Source: Spirochaetota bacterium (GTDB lineage: Bacteria > Spirochaetota > UBA4802 > UBA5550). Taken from it: a DNA stretch of 64,000 bases. Under the pieces are notes generated by a model. The model did not search any database and was not told the origin of the DNA. It saw only the letters and a program-made list of their open reading frames with translations. Where the stretch lies: positions 63,337 through 127,336 of the forward strand of contig JAFGJK010000156.1 in assembly GCA_016929135.1 (NCBI GenBank), in the 5' to 3' direction. The position numbers were made by a program, and so were the translations under genes. Shown here in pieces: positions 31,649 to 41,397 of the stretch. The number at the start of each line of letters is the position of its first letter. The first letter of the stretch is position 1.

Positions 31649-31981
31649 CTATTCCTCTTCAGCGATGTACCATACCGAATCCGGGATCTGGACATACTTG
31701 TGGTCTTTCGTATAGAAATAGGTGTAATGACGATCCGCGCTCCCCACCTTCGATCTGCCGGTGGTGATCTTCTGGACATGTGTCCACCGCTTGATAATCC
31801 TGCCGTCGTATCCGAAGACGGTGACGGTGAGATTCATGCCAGTAATCGCGTCGATCTTTCTTCGGAATATGTTCCGCTGCTCGTAGGTGAAAAAATACCG
31901 CAGGTACACCGCCAGTGAAATAATCGCGAGGACCGTCACAAGAGCGAGGGTGATTTTTATTTTTGTTTTCCCTTCCATCAT
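31649..31981 (-). CDS. Small hypothetical membrane-anchored protein
   Basis: 110 aa with a single N-terminal TM helix (ITLALVTVLAIISLAVYL). Its stop abuts the recG start with zero spacing. Confidence 0.45.
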   Translation of the reverse strand: MMEGKTKIKITLALVTVLAIISLAVYLRYFFTYEQRNIFRRKIDAITGMNLTVTVFGYDGRIIKRWTHVQKITTGRSKVGSADRHYTYFYTKDHKYVQIPDSVWYIAEEE

Positions 31982-32052
31982 GGGTACCCCTTGTCATCGG
32001 CAGTGATTGATTCACTGCCACCCTACCAGATTTTTCACGACCTGTCAAGCGC

Positions 32053-32790
32053 TCATTTCCCGCCGCACACGCTGCACTTCGGATTCCTGCTGATGGCCAC
32101 GGTATCGAATCTCATGTCCTGGCCGTCCCAGAAGAGCATCCTGTTCCGCAGGGTTGAACCGATACCCGTCAGGAACTTGATCGCCTCCAGCGCCTGAAGC
32201 GAACCGATCACACCGGCAGTGGCCCCTACCACGGGGATCTTCCTCCCCGAGCGTTTCATGCGTCCCGGCAGGATGCAGGCGAGGCAGGGGGTATCGGGAG
32301 GGGTGAAGAATGATATCTGCCCCCTCATCGCCTCAATCCCCCCGTGAAGGAGGGGGAGTGAATGCCTCACTGCGTATTCATTGACGATGAGCCTCGTTTG
32401 AAAATTATCCAGACAATCGATTATAATATCGGGAGCGCCGATGATGGATGACATGTTGCGAGACGTAATCCGCGTGCATATCGCCCTGATGGCGACGTAG
32501 GGATTCGTCTCTGCCAGCCGCCGCGCCGCCGAATCCACCTTCGGCGTCCCCAGTGTCGAGAAGGAGTGTACGATCTGCCGGTTCAGGTTGCTCAGCACGA
32601 CCGTATCGCTGTCGCATATTACCAGATTGCCGATACCGGCAGCGGCGAGATAGGCGATTACGGGGCTTCCCAGTCCCCCGGCCCCGGCGATGAAGACTGT
32701 CGACCGGCAAAGTTTTTCCTGCGCCTCAGTCCCCCAGGACGGCATCAGCATCTGCCTCTGATATAGCTCCCGTTCCTTTTTCGTCAGCAT
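32053..32790 (-). CDS. ThiF/MoeB-family E1-like adenylyltransferase
   Basis: Nucleotide-binding loop GAGGLGS, and CxxC...CxxC (CLAC...CSVC) zinc motif. The start is placed at MLTKKERELYQRQ. Confidence 0.8.
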   Translation of the reverse strand: MLTKKERELYQRQMLMPSWGTEAQEKLCRSTVFIAGAGGLGSPVIAYLAAAGIGNLVICDSDTVVLSNLNRQIVHSFSTLGTPKVDSAARRLAETNPYVAIRAICTRITSRNMSSIIGAPDIIIDCLDNFQTRLIVNEYAVRHSLPLLHGGIEAMRGQISFFTPPDTPCLACILPGRMKRSGRKIPVVGATAGVIGSLQALEAIKFLTGIGSTLRNRMLFWDGQDMRFDTVAISRNPKCSVCGGK

Positions 32791-32893
32791 ATTACAGACC
32801 AGCAGTGGAGTGGCATAGAGGAAGTGCCATGAGGAATCACAGTGTATTAACCATATAAAAAGGGGCGAAATCCAGAAATCACGCCCCGGCATG

Positions 32894-32975
32894 TGGTGAG
32901 GGATGGATTCGAACCATCGAAGGCTTCGCCGGCAGATTTACAGTCTGCTCCCTTTGGCCGCTCGGGAACCTCACC
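32894..32975 (-). tRNA. tRNA-Tyr (anticodon GTA)
   Basis: The reverse complement GGTGAGGTTCCCGAGCGGCCAAAGGGAGCAGACTGTAAATCTGC...GGTTCGAATCCATCCCTCACCA has a 7-bp acceptor stem, GTA anticodon and long variable arm. CCA is not encoded. Confidence 0.9.
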
Positions 32976-32978
32976 GTT

Positions 32979-33051
32979 AGCTGGCGAGAGGACTTGAACC
33001 CCCAACAAGCTGATTACAAATCAGCTGCTCTACCGATTGAGCTACGCCAGC
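32979..33051 (-). tRNA. tRNA-Thr (anticodon TGT)
   Basis: The reverse complement GCTGGCGTAGCTCAATCGGTAGAGCAGCTGATTTGTAATCAGCTTGTTGGGGGTTCAAGTCCTCTCGCCAGCT has a TTTGTAA anticodon loop. It lies 3 nt upstream of tRNA-Tyr. Confidence 0.9.
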
Positions 33052-33334
33052 GGCTGCATAGTGTCTCCTTATTGAACGGGGGCGGGATCGTGTCAACGAT
33101 TTTTTTCACGGAAATCCCAACTTTGTGGCATAAAATATTGTCATATTTGAAGATCAAGTGAGGTATTACTACTTGACGTCTGTCATTAACTATCATTGTG
33201 TGATATTTTCTTGACAGATGATGTTTATTTTAATATTCATGAAGAGGATTTCAGATTCTGTGATAAAAATACGGAAACCGACCTTCTTATAGAAGAGATA
33301 CTACACTCTGGATTAATAATCGGAACACAGTACG

Positions 33335-34717
33335 ATGAAATATTTCTTTGCCGTCACATTGATATCGGCCGCCATCACGGCAGTTCTCATCCAGCCTGCG
33401 CTATCCCAAAACGCCAAGGTAGACAGCATCCACTCCTTCAAGAAACGCACCACCATTGAGGAGTGCATTGACATAGCGATGCAGCACCATCCCGATATCA
33501 AGGTGTCACAGGAAGACAAAAAGATCGCCATGTCAAAGTACAGGTTTTCCAAGGCGGCGAACAAGATTCTAATCAACGGAGAGGTCAAAACCATCGAGTA
33601 TCTTACCTCCACGTCATCCACTGGTGATACCACATTCACGATTACCGGTCAGGACACATCCGTGGCACTCTTTGTCGGTTTTTCCGCATCATACACAATA
33701 TTCGATGCCAACAAGAGAAGGAATGAAGAGAGCGCCCGAATCGGGCTCGATCTTGCGAAGTCGCAATCCCAGAAAACCATCAACGAGATCGTGCTGAACG
33801 TCAAGAGATCGTACTATATGTATCTCATGGCTGAAGAAAACCTGAAACTGCGAAGCGAGATTCTCAACAAATACCAGGAGAAGCTGAAGCTCTCCCGGAT
33901 GTTGTTCAACAGCGGGCAGAGGCCGATCCTCGACGTGAGTAAGGCAGAGGTCTCTTTCTCCGAGGCGCAGTTGGAATTCGAAAAGGCAAAAAATAATAAA
34001 CGAATGATGAAATCGCAGCTCTTTTCCGCAATGGGAATCGATGAGGCGACAGACGACATAGAGCTCATGGATTACGATGAACTGCCCGAGCTGAAGTACT
34101 CGGTGGACGACCTGTATAAGCTCGGAGAGCTCTATTACCCCGATATCCTGATTATCAACACGCAGAAGCGGATAAATAAATACAAAATCGAAATCGAAAG
34201 AGCCAAGAGATATCCCACAGTGAATATGTACTTTTCCCTCAGCTACCAGAATAATGGAATATGGGCAAATAATCAGTTCGGCGAGCTGATACCGGGCCAC
34301 TGGACTCCCACGTTCAACGGCGCGTTCCAGGCGAAGATGCCGATATATGACGGCGGCGCGATCAGCGCACTCGTCGATTCGGCGCGAAGCGAGTATAATA
34401 AAACGATCTTCCAGGAACGAGAAATCATAATGAAAATGAAAAACGAGATACGCTCCAATTGCGACTCACTGAATGAGTTGATGAAGCAGATAAAAATGTC
34501 ACGTCTCGTTATTGAGAATGCAGAGAAGCATTTCACCCTTGCACAGAGGAGCTACGAAACTGGAGCCGGCTCCCAGCTGGACATGCAGGATGCGCAGGTC
34601 AGCGTGATCAATGCTAAGATCGGATTTATCACCGCGAAATATACCTACCTCAACACTCTATCCAAGCTCTCAGCAACCGTCGGCTTAGGAGAAGTATACC
34701 TATGCAAAAGAAAATAG
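33335..34717 (+). CDS. TolC-family outer-membrane efflux channel
   Basis: Signal peptide, and two tandem repeats of the coiled-coil/beta-barrel OEP module (..AKSQSQKTINEIVLNVKRSYYMYL..). AT-richer codon usage than flanking genes. Confidence 0.85.
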   Translation: MKYFFAVTLISAAITAVLIQPALSQNAKVDSIHSFKKRTTIEECIDIAMQHHPDIKVSQEDKKIAMSKYRFSKAANKILINGEVKTIEYLTSTSSTGDTTFTITGQDTSVALFVGFSASYTIFDANKRRNEESARIGLDLAKSQSQKTINEIVLNVKRSYYMYLMAEENLKLRSEILNKYQEKLKLSRMLFNSGQRPILDVSKAEVSFSEAQLEFEKAKNNKRMMKSQLFSAMGIDEATDDIELMDYDELPELKYSVDDLYKLGELYYPDILIINTQKRINKYKIEIERAKRYPTVNMYFSLSYQNNGIWANNQFGELIPGHWTPTFNGAFQAKMPIYDGGAISALVDSARSEYNKTIFQEREIIMKMKNEIRSNCDSLNELMKQIKMSRLVIENAEKHFTLAQRSYETGAGSQLDMQDAQVSVINAKIGFITAKYTYLNTLSKLSATVGLGEVYLCKRK

Positions 34718-35811
34718 ATTTAAAAAAGATTACCATCGCATCAATCATAATTGCGGCCGTGATCATTATGATTGTAATCATACGTTCCTGTGGCACCTCG
34801 GGAAACCAGCAATTTGAATTTGCCAAGGCGACAATCGGCAGAGTGAAGAGAACCATCTCCGTTACTGGCGTCATTGAAGTGAAGGAGTCACAAAGGGTTC
34901 TGAGCAAAATGTCAGGAATCGTCAATCGTGTCTACGTAGACTTTAATGACGCCGTCAGAAGGGGGCAGATACTGGCAACCATTGACTCAATTGAGATCGA
35001 CCAGAAGTTGATGAAACTGGCATCACAATTGGAAAGCGTAAACCTTGAGCTTGACATCGCGAGGGAGGAACTTGCCGGCAAGAAGAGCCTGTTCAAAGAG
35101 AACCTAATCTCGAAAACGGCGATGCAGAAGGCGGAACTGGACTACAAATCCGTCATGATGAAGCATAAACAGGTACAGCTCGACTACAATCTCGCACTCA
35201 AACAAAAGGATAACACGAGAATAGCATCCCCCCTGAGCGGGATCGTCATCTCTAGAGAAATCGATGAAAACATCCCAACCGATATAACCAAAACACTCTT
35301 CGTCGTCGCACCGAGTCTTCGAGATATGAGGCTCCTCATCAGCGTCGACGAGTCCGATATCGGGATAATCAGGAAGGACCAGGTGGTGAACTTCACGGTC
35401 AGTGCCTATCCGGACGAGAAGTTCGAGGGAAAAATCGGCCAGATTCGCATCAATCCAATTCCGAAGGGAGGTCTGGTCTCCTACCAGTCGATCGTTGTGT
35501 GCGACAACAACAGGATGCTCCTGAAACCCGGAATGACCGCGACTGCCACCATTGTCGTCAACGATAAGGACAAAACGCTCTGTGTCCCGAACCAGGCATT
35601 CTACGTATCACCAATTGACATGGAATACGAGAGCGGCAAGAAATTCCTCTGGGTCAAGACCAATAGACTGGTCAATGGCCTCCCCATGACGCGAATTGAG
35701 GTGGAAACGGGCATTCGTGGGGACCTGTTCACCGAGGTGACGAAGAACCTCAAAGCCGGCGACGAGGTCCTCGTAAAGGTAACTAAAAAGGACAGCAACG
35801 GATCGAAATAG
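34702..35811 (+). CDS. Periplasmic adaptor subunit (HlyD/MacA-type membrane fusion protein)
   Basis: N-terminal TM anchor, coiled-coil, lipoyl/beta-barrel motifs (ATIDSIEIDQ...IASPLSGIVISREIDEN), and a 16-nt overlap with the TolC-like gene. Confidence 0.85.
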   Translation: MQKKIDLKKITIASIIIAAVIIMIVIIRSCGTSGNQQFEFAKATIGRVKRTISVTGVIEVKESQRVLSKMSGIVNRVYVDFNDAVRRGQILATIDSIEIDQKLMKLASQLESVNLELDIAREELAGKKSLFKENLISKTAMQKAELDYKSVMMKHKQVQLDYNLALKQKDNTRIASPLSGIVISREIDENIPTDITKTLFVVAPSLRDMRLLISVDESDIGIIRKDQVVNFTVSAYPDEKFEGKIGQIRINPIPKGGLVSYQSIVVCDNNRMLLKPGMTATATIVVNDKDKTLCVPNQAFYVSPIDMEYESGKKFLWVKTNRLVNGLPMTRIEVETGIRGDLFTEVTKNLKAGDEVLVKVTKKDSNGSK

Positions 35812-35815
35812 AGGC

Positions 35816-36556
35816 ATGAAGACGATTATCGAGATAAAGGACCTTTACAAGATCTTCAAACTCAGTGAAGAGGTGAGTGTGAAGGCCCTGAACGGCGTCT
35901 CGCTCAGTATACAGCGGGGGGAATACATCTCCATCATGGGAAGCTCAGGATCCGGAAAGTCCACATTCATGAATATTCTCGGATTCCTCGATACGCCGAC
36001 ATCCGGCACCTATTTCCTCGACGGCATCAACGGAGGATCGCTGCTCAAGGATGAGAAGGCCGAGATCAGGAACCGAAAGATCGGATTTGTATTCCAGGGC
36101 TTCAACCTTCTTGCACGGACATCGGCGCTGGAGAATGTGGAGCTCCCCCTGTTCTACAGGGGCGGGATAAGCGCCAGAGAACAGAGCGAGAAGGCGAAAA
36201 GCCTTTTAGCGATGGTAGGCCTTTCCGGCAGGGAGGAACACTATCCGAACAGGCTTTCCGGGGGTGAGCAGCAGCGTGTCGCTATCGCTAGGGCCCTCAT
36301 AAACGATCCGGCGATAATACTCGCCGATGAACCCACAGGAAACCTGGACACAAAGAATACCGAAGAGGTCATGAAGCTCTTTACCCGCCTTAACGACGAG
36401 CTGGGTATAACGATCATCATGGTCACCCATGAGCCGGATGTCGCCGCGTACACCAACAGGAAGGTCGTATTCCGCGACGGCATTATAATCGAGGATACGA
36501 AAGTATCCCATACCGCTAAATCCACGGCAAAAAAGGCCGCCAAGAAAAGGGGGTGA
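35816..36556 (+). CDS. ABC transporter ATP-binding protein (MacB/LolD-type ATPase, no fused or adjacent permease)
   Basis: Walker A GSSGSGKST, Q-loop, signature LSGGEQQRVAIARAL, Walker B ILADEPTGNLD, and H-loop TH. No FtsX-type permease ORF follows. Confidence 0.85.
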   Translation: MKTIIEIKDLYKIFKLSEEVSVKALNGVSLSIQRGEYISIMGSSGSGKSTFMNILGFLDTPTSGTYFLDGINGGSLLKDEKAEIRNRKIGFVFQGFNLLARTSALENVELPLFYRGGISAREQSEKAKSLLAMVGLSGREEHYPNRLSGGEQQRVAIARALINDPAIILADEPTGNLDTKNTEEVMKLFTRLNDELGITIIMVTHEPDVAAYTNRKVVFRDGIIIEDTKVSHTAKSTAKKAAKKRG

Positions 36557-36593
36557 CCAGGCGTAGATACAACCACTTTCACGACTCCCGATA

Positions 36594-36617
36594 TTTTTTT
36601 GCTAAAAAGCAAAAAAA
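36594..36617. terminator. AT-rich palindrome (TTTTTTTGCT-aaaa-AGCAAAAAAA) downstream of the ABC ATPase; weak bidirectional terminator-like hairpin
   Basis: Perfect 10-bp, mostly A-U stem read directly. Confidence 0.25.
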
Positions 36618-36760
36618 AATCAAGAAACCACCCCCATTTTTAAAGACATAATTCCACGAAACCGATATATACATTGAAATCACACGTAATATTGTAACTA
36701 ACCTGGTAGATTAATTACATTTAGAGTAGGGGCGGAGTTGTCGGATACAAGGAGTCCCAT

Positions 36761-37654
36761 GTGAAAGAATTACAAGCTATCAAGCGGTTTAAGAAGTTTC
36801 TACAGGTAGAAAAAGGACTTTCGCCCAATTCCATCTACTCCTATACCTATGATTTAAAGAAATTCAGCGAATTCCTTCTTTCAAAAAACAAGACGATCCT
36901 GAATGCCACGCAGGACGATATCCAGCAGTTCCTCATGTTCGAGAAGATCAGCAAAAAAAACTCCAGCCGCACTCAGGCACGGTCCCTTGCGGCAATACGC
37001 CAATTTTACAACTTTATATCTGATAAATTCGATAACATCGACAACCCAACTGTCAAGATCGAATCTCCGCACATCGAGAAGACACTCCCGGATTTCCTGA
37101 CGATCCAGGAGGTGAACAGGCTCTTCGGGTCGATTTCTGAGAACGACCTGTTCGAACTGAGAGACAAGGCAATCTTTGAGCTGCTCTATTCGTGCGGTCT
37201 GAGGATATCCGAGGCGATCGAGATACTCCATTCAAATGTTGACTTCGATGGATCATACATCAAGGTGACAGGGAAGGGGAACAAGGAGCGGATAGTCCCC
37301 TTCGGTGAGGAGGCCACCAGACTCTTAAAGAAGTACATCTTCGAATCGAGACCGGGAATTCTGGGCAGCAGAGAGAGCGATTACCTGTTCATCAGCAAAA
37401 AGGGATCCAAGCTCAACAGGAAATCCGTGTGGAGGCTTCTCAAGAATTACGTGATGAGGACCAAGATCAATAAGAACATCACCCCGCACACACTGCGGCA
37501 TTCATTTGCGACCCATCTGATTGAAAACGGGGCGGATCTGAGATCGGTGCAGGAACTCCTCGGTCATGTGGACATCTCGACCACTCAGATATACACGCAT
37601 CTGGCCAAGAAGAAGCTGCAGGACATCCACAAGGATTTCCATCCCAAGGGTTGA
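36761..37654 (+). CDS. xerD: Tyrosine site-specific recombinase, XerD/XerC type
   Basis: N-terminal core-binding domain (LSPNSIYSYTYDLKKFSEFL). Catalytic residues R (ELRDKAIFELLYSCGLRISE), HxxR (HTLRHSFATHL) and Y (TQIYTHL). GTG start with AAGGAG 6 nt upstream. About 40 % GC, much lower than the window average. Confidence 0.85.
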   Translation: MKELQAIKRFKKFLQVEKGLSPNSIYSYTYDLKKFSEFLLSKNKTILNATQDDIQQFLMFEKISKKNSSRTQARSLAAIRQFYNFISDKFDNIDNPTVKIESPHIEKTLPDFLTIQEVNRLFGSISENDLFELRDKAIFELLYSCGLRISEAIEILHSNVDFDGSYIKVTGKGNKERIVPFGEEATRLLKKYIFESRPGILGSRESDYLFISKKGSKLNRKSVWRLLKNYVMRTKINKNITPHTLRHSFATHLIENGADLRSVQELLGHVDISTTQIYTHLAKKKLQDIHKDFHPKG

Positions 37655-37668
37655 CAGACAGGAGCGAC

Positions 37669-38835
37669 ATGAGTCCGAGGCATGCATTCCCATACCTCAT
37701 GGCGCTGTTGCTGTTCTCCTCCTGTGTCCCTCCTGCCGGACACATCGTAAGGAGGGGGAGTGATGCCGGCATAGACAGCCAGCCTATACGTGTTCTGGTA
37801 CTTCATTCGAAATCACCGGTGGTGGTCTATTCGGCCAAGAGGATGAAGTTACGGACCCTTCGTGGCTCCAAAATGCTTCTGGATACGGAGCATCGAAGGA
37901 TCACGCTGAATCCCGAAAAAATCCACACACCGCTGGTGATCGAATCATGGGATTCCCCCATTGAGGTGAACCGGAAGGCCTACCGTGGCACCCTTGAAAT
38001 CCACAATGTGCTCGGCAGTATCGACGTGATAAACATTGTTTCCCTGGGGGATTACCTGAAGAGCGTCGTCCCCTCCGAGATACCCTCGGACTGGAACAGG
38101 GAGGCGCTGAAGGTCCAGGCAATCGCATCAAGGACCTATGCCTGTTATCATATCCTGCACAGCAGAAGCAAGCGTCTCTTCGATCTTGATGCCACCACCA
38201 GTTTTCAAGTATACAAGGGACTATCATCGGAAAAACAGACCACCAGTGACGCCGTCGAAGAGACCTCCGGTATGGTGGTGACCTATAGGGGGGACCCGAT
38301 CCTTGCGTACTTTCATTCAACCTGTGGCGGCAGGACGGCGAACGACAGTGACGTATGGTCCGGCTCCGATCACCCCTATCTCGCGGGCATTGACTGCCCC
38401 TACTGTGCGGCATCACCCCATTTCAGATGGCAGACTCAGCTTTCCCTTGCCGATATCAGAAAATCGCTCCAGAGAAACAGCAGGTTCACTGGGACAATCA
38501 GGTCCATCGCCTTCAGAAGTCACGACGGAAGGGTCACCTCGGTAACGGTCCGGCATTCCCAGGGTACCTGCACGATGACGGGAAATGAATTCCGGCTCCT
38601 CGTCAATCCCGATACGTTGAAGAGCACCAGTTTCCATTCAAAAAAAAGCGGGGGAGGGCTGCAGCTCAGCGGGAAGGGGTGGGGGCATGGAGTCGGCCTC
38701 TGCCAATGGGGTGCCAGGGGCATGGCGGAAAATGGCAAGAGCTACAAAAAAATCTTGCAGTACTACTATAGGGACGGCAGGATTGAACGAATGCGGGGCC
38801 CCATACAGTCATCACCACAGCCATCGCATCTCTGA
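37669..38835 (+). CDS. SpoIID/LytB-domain lipoprotein
   Basis: Lipobox-like LLFSSC signal. SpoIID domain motifs ...EALKVQAIASRTYA..., YFHSTCGGRTANDSDVW, and GHGVGLCQWGARGMA. Confidence 0.85.
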   Translation: MSPRHAFPYLMALLLFSSCVPPAGHIVRRGSDAGIDSQPIRVLVLHSKSPVVVYSAKRMKLRTLRGSKMLLDTEHRRITLNPEKIHTPLVIESWDSPIEVNRKAYRGTLEIHNVLGSIDVINIVSLGDYLKSVVPSEIPSDWNREALKVQAIASRTYACYHILHSRSKRLFDLDATTSFQVYKGLSSEKQTTSDAVEETSGMVVTYRGDPILAYFHSTCGGRTANDSDVWSGSDHPYLAGIDCPYCAASPHFRWQTQLSLADIRKSLQRNSRFTGTIRSIAFRSHDGRVTSVTVRHSQGTCTMTGNEFRLLVNPDTLKSTSFHSKKSGGGLQLSGKGWGHGVGLCQWGARGMAENGKSYKKILQYYYRDGRIERMRGPIQSSPQPSHL

Positions 38836-38838
38836 TAC

Positions 38839-39879
38839 ATGCCACGCTCCAAATACTCTCTTGAAGATTTCGATTTTTCACTCCCTGAGGATCTCATCGC
38901 GCAATACCCTTCTCCACAGAGGGACGAATCCCGCCTCTTCGTCCTGCACAGGGACACGAACCGCAACGAGCACCGTCTCTTCAGGGAAATCCCCACACTC
39001 CTCAGAGCCGGTGACGTGCTCGTTTTCAACGATTCACGGGTGATACCGGCCCGCATCTTCTGTACAAGGGAAACAGGGGGGAGGATGGAGCTCCTTCTGA
39101 CCGACAGGGAGGACGATTTCCGGTGGACCGCCCTGTGCAGCAGGAAGAAGCGTCTCAGGACCGGCGAGATCATACATCCCGAGGAAAGACCGGAGGTCGG
39201 ATTTCATATTACCGGCAAGAAGGGGGATGCCATCCAGTTCGTCTCCTCGGTCCCCCTCTCCGAGGACAATCTCGAACTGCTGGGGAACGTCCCGCTCCCA
39301 CCCTATATCCGCCGTCCGGCCGAACCGGGGGACAGGGAACGCTACCAAACCGTCTTCGCCGATGCGGCGGGATCGGTCGCCGCTCCCACCGCGGGACTTC
39401 ACTTCACCGCTGAGCTGATGTCGACGATTCAGGGGATGGGGATTGAGACCGTATTCCTGACTCTGGGTGTATCATGGGGAACCTTTCTCCCCGTAAGGGA
39501 GGGCAATCTCGAAGAGGGACGGCTGCATTCCGAGCGATACGCCCTGACTGAGGATGCGGCGCAACGCATCAACAGTGCACGTGATAGCGGCGGGAGAGTG
39601 ATCGCGGTGGGGACCACATCGCTCCGTGTTCTGGAAACGACCTTTGCCGGCGGTCACAACCGTGCCGGTAGCGGTACAACGGACATTTTCATACATCCCC
39701 CGTACTCAGTACAATCCGCCGATGCCATGATCACTAACTTTCACACGCCGCGCTCTTCGCTGCTGATGCTCGTATCCGCCTTCGCAGGCTACGAGAGGCT
39801 CATGAAGGCCTATGAAGAGGCAGTAGAACTCCGTTACCGTTTTTTTTCCTACGGCGACGCCATGTTCATCACCCCGTAA
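38839..39879 (+). CDS. queA: S-adenosylmethionine:tRNA ribosyltransferase-isomerase
   Basis: MPRSKYSLEDFDFSLPEDLIAQYPSPQRDESRLFVL... and ...PLPPYIRRPAE...GSVAAPTAGLHFT... are canonical QueA sequences. Confidence 0.93.
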   Translation: MPRSKYSLEDFDFSLPEDLIAQYPSPQRDESRLFVLHRDTNRNEHRLFREIPTLLRAGDVLVFNDSRVIPARIFCTRETGGRMELLLTDREDDFRWTALCSRKKRLRTGEIIHPEERPEVGFHITGKKGDAIQFVSSVPLSEDNLELLGNVPLPPYIRRPAEPGDRERYQTVFADAAGSVAAPTAGLHFTAELMSTIQGMGIETVFLTLGVSWGTFLPVREGNLEEGRLHSERYALTEDAAQRINSARDSGGRVIAVGTTSLRVLETTFAGGHNRAGSGTTDIFIHPPYSVQSADAMITNFHTPRSSLLMLVSAFAGYERLMKAYEEAVELRYRFFSYGDAMFITP

Positions 39880-39981
39880 ATTTACACATCAGCACCACCG
39901 AGGCCGATAACTGCTTGACAAAAAAAGGAGTGGCGATGGTTACTTATTGGATATTATGTCCACCGGGAATACTGTAAACCC

Positions 39982-40686
39982 ATGAAAGCAGAAATCGAGA
40001 CCATGATCGAGCTCCAGGGATATTGGGACGAGGTGTTGAAGGCGCTGAACGAGATAGAACGTCGCCAGCGATCCATCGCCTTCTGGGGGGACTCCCTGAG
40101 AGAGAAAGAGGCCAACGAGGCATCTCTGAAGGAGATGATCAAGCAGGGGAAAGGGACGCTCATGTCCATGGAGCTCCGGCTGAATGAAACGGAAAGCAAG
40201 ATAAAGAAGCTGGAGGAGAGGAAAAAGACGGTACAGACAGAGCGGGAGCTTGCAGCGGTGACGGGGGAACTGGACCTGCTGTATAAAACGAGAGATACCG
40301 TTGAGGATGAAAGCCTTGCCCTGATGGACACGCTGGATGAAAGAGAAAAGGCACTGGAGGCCGCATCCAGGGAACTTCAGGAATCACAGGTTCAGGTGGC
40401 CAGTGACATCGAATCGCTTCAGAGAGAGATCGCCTCGTTCGATGCAGTGAGAAAAGAGAAAGAGGAGCGATTCCACACTCTATCAGAGAAACTGCCGGTA
40501 TCGGTGAAATCGAAATTCCTGCGGCTAATACAGTCAAAGGAGGGACGTGCTATCGGCGAGGTCAGAGATGAGATATGCACCTCATGCAATTTCAGGATAC
40601 CGCCGTCACTGGCGCAGGAGTCCTTAAGGGGCGCAACGGTCTGCGTCTGTACAAATTGCGGCAGGTTTATTTTTAGCAGGTCATGA
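39982..40686 (+). CDS. Zinc-ribbon coiled-coil protein (DUF164/COG1579 family)
   Basis: Long coiled-coil then C-terminal CxxC...CxxC (CTSCNFRIP...CVCTNCGRFI). It sits in the conserved DUF164-RNaseH neighbourhood. Confidence 0.8.
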   Translation: MKAEIETMIELQGYWDEVLKALNEIERRQRSIAFWGDSLREKEANEASLKEMIKQGKGTLMSMELRLNETESKIKKLEERKKTVQTERELAAVTGELDLLYKTRDTVEDESLALMDTLDEREKALEAASRELQESQVQVASDIESLQREIASFDAVRKEKEERFHTLSEKLPVSVKSKFLRLIQSKEGRAIGEVRDEICTSCNFRIPPSLAQESLRGATVCVCTNCGRFIFSRS

Positions 40687-40734
40687 TTTTATTGTCGTGA
40701 CCGCCCGATCGTTCATTATATTAAGGAATTGATT

Positions 40735-41397
40735 ATGCTACTCAGTATCGACAGGGTTCTCCAACTGCTGATCGAGGATAAAACCCTCGATAAGATCGCC
40801 GAGCTCGCTGACTGCACGGTAGACGACGTGAAGCATGTGCTCGAAGAATCCAGACATCTCCTTCAGAAGCACGAAAAGGATCATGCAAGGAAGAAGATAA
40901 TTCTGAAGAAGCACCGTGACGACAGCGCGGAGGGGACCGAGGAGGTCGCGAGGGAAATTTTCGAGGGGGCAGAGCTCTCGGCGGTACCCCTCGGCTCGGT
41001 GCTCACTATATATATCGACGGCGCCTCCAGGGGGAATCCTGGGCCTTCCGGAATCGGCATTGTTATCCTTGACAGCGATGACAGACAGGTGGGGAAGGTG
41101 TCGGCGAGAATCGGGTTCGGAACGAACAATACGGCCGAGTACCAGGCATTGATCCGTGCCCTCAGGATCGCTATTTACTTCGAGACAAAACGGCTGAAGA
41201 TCCGCACCGATTCGGAACTCATCGTCAAACAGATCGACGGCAGCTACAGCGTCAAGAACGAGGCGATCAAGAAGCTCTACGCCACTGCGATTGGACTGAT
41301 GAAACAGATCCCCCATTGCAGGATCGAACACGTCACCAGGAGCCTGAACGACAAGGCCGACTACCTGGCGAAAAAGGCGACAGACCCATATCCATGA
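40735..41397 (+). CDS. rnhA: Ribonuclease HI with N-terminal extension
   Basis: Catalytic DEDD residues: IYIDGASRGNPGPSGIG, TNNTAEYQALIRAL, and IRTDSELIV...LNDKADYLA. AAGGAA lies 6 nt before the ATG. Confidence 0.88.
   Translation: MLLSIDRVLQLLIEDKTLDKIAELADCTVDDVKHVLEESRHLLQKHEKDHARKKIILKKHRDDSAEGTEEVAREIFEGAELSAVPLGSVLTIYIDGASRGNPGPSGIGIVILDSDDRQVGKVSARIGFGTNNTAEYQALIRALRIAIYFETKRLKIRTDSELIVKQIDGSYSVKNEAIKKLYATAIGLMKQIPHCRIEHVTRSLNDKADYLAKKATDPYP

Noticed and set aside
36557-36760. Possible dif-like or att site (ATATATACATTGAAAT...) between the ABC ATPase gene and the recombinase gene
   Set aside because: There is only loose resemblance to XerD-arm or dif consensus sequences. It cannot be supported without a search against known dif sites or a genome-wide duplicate.
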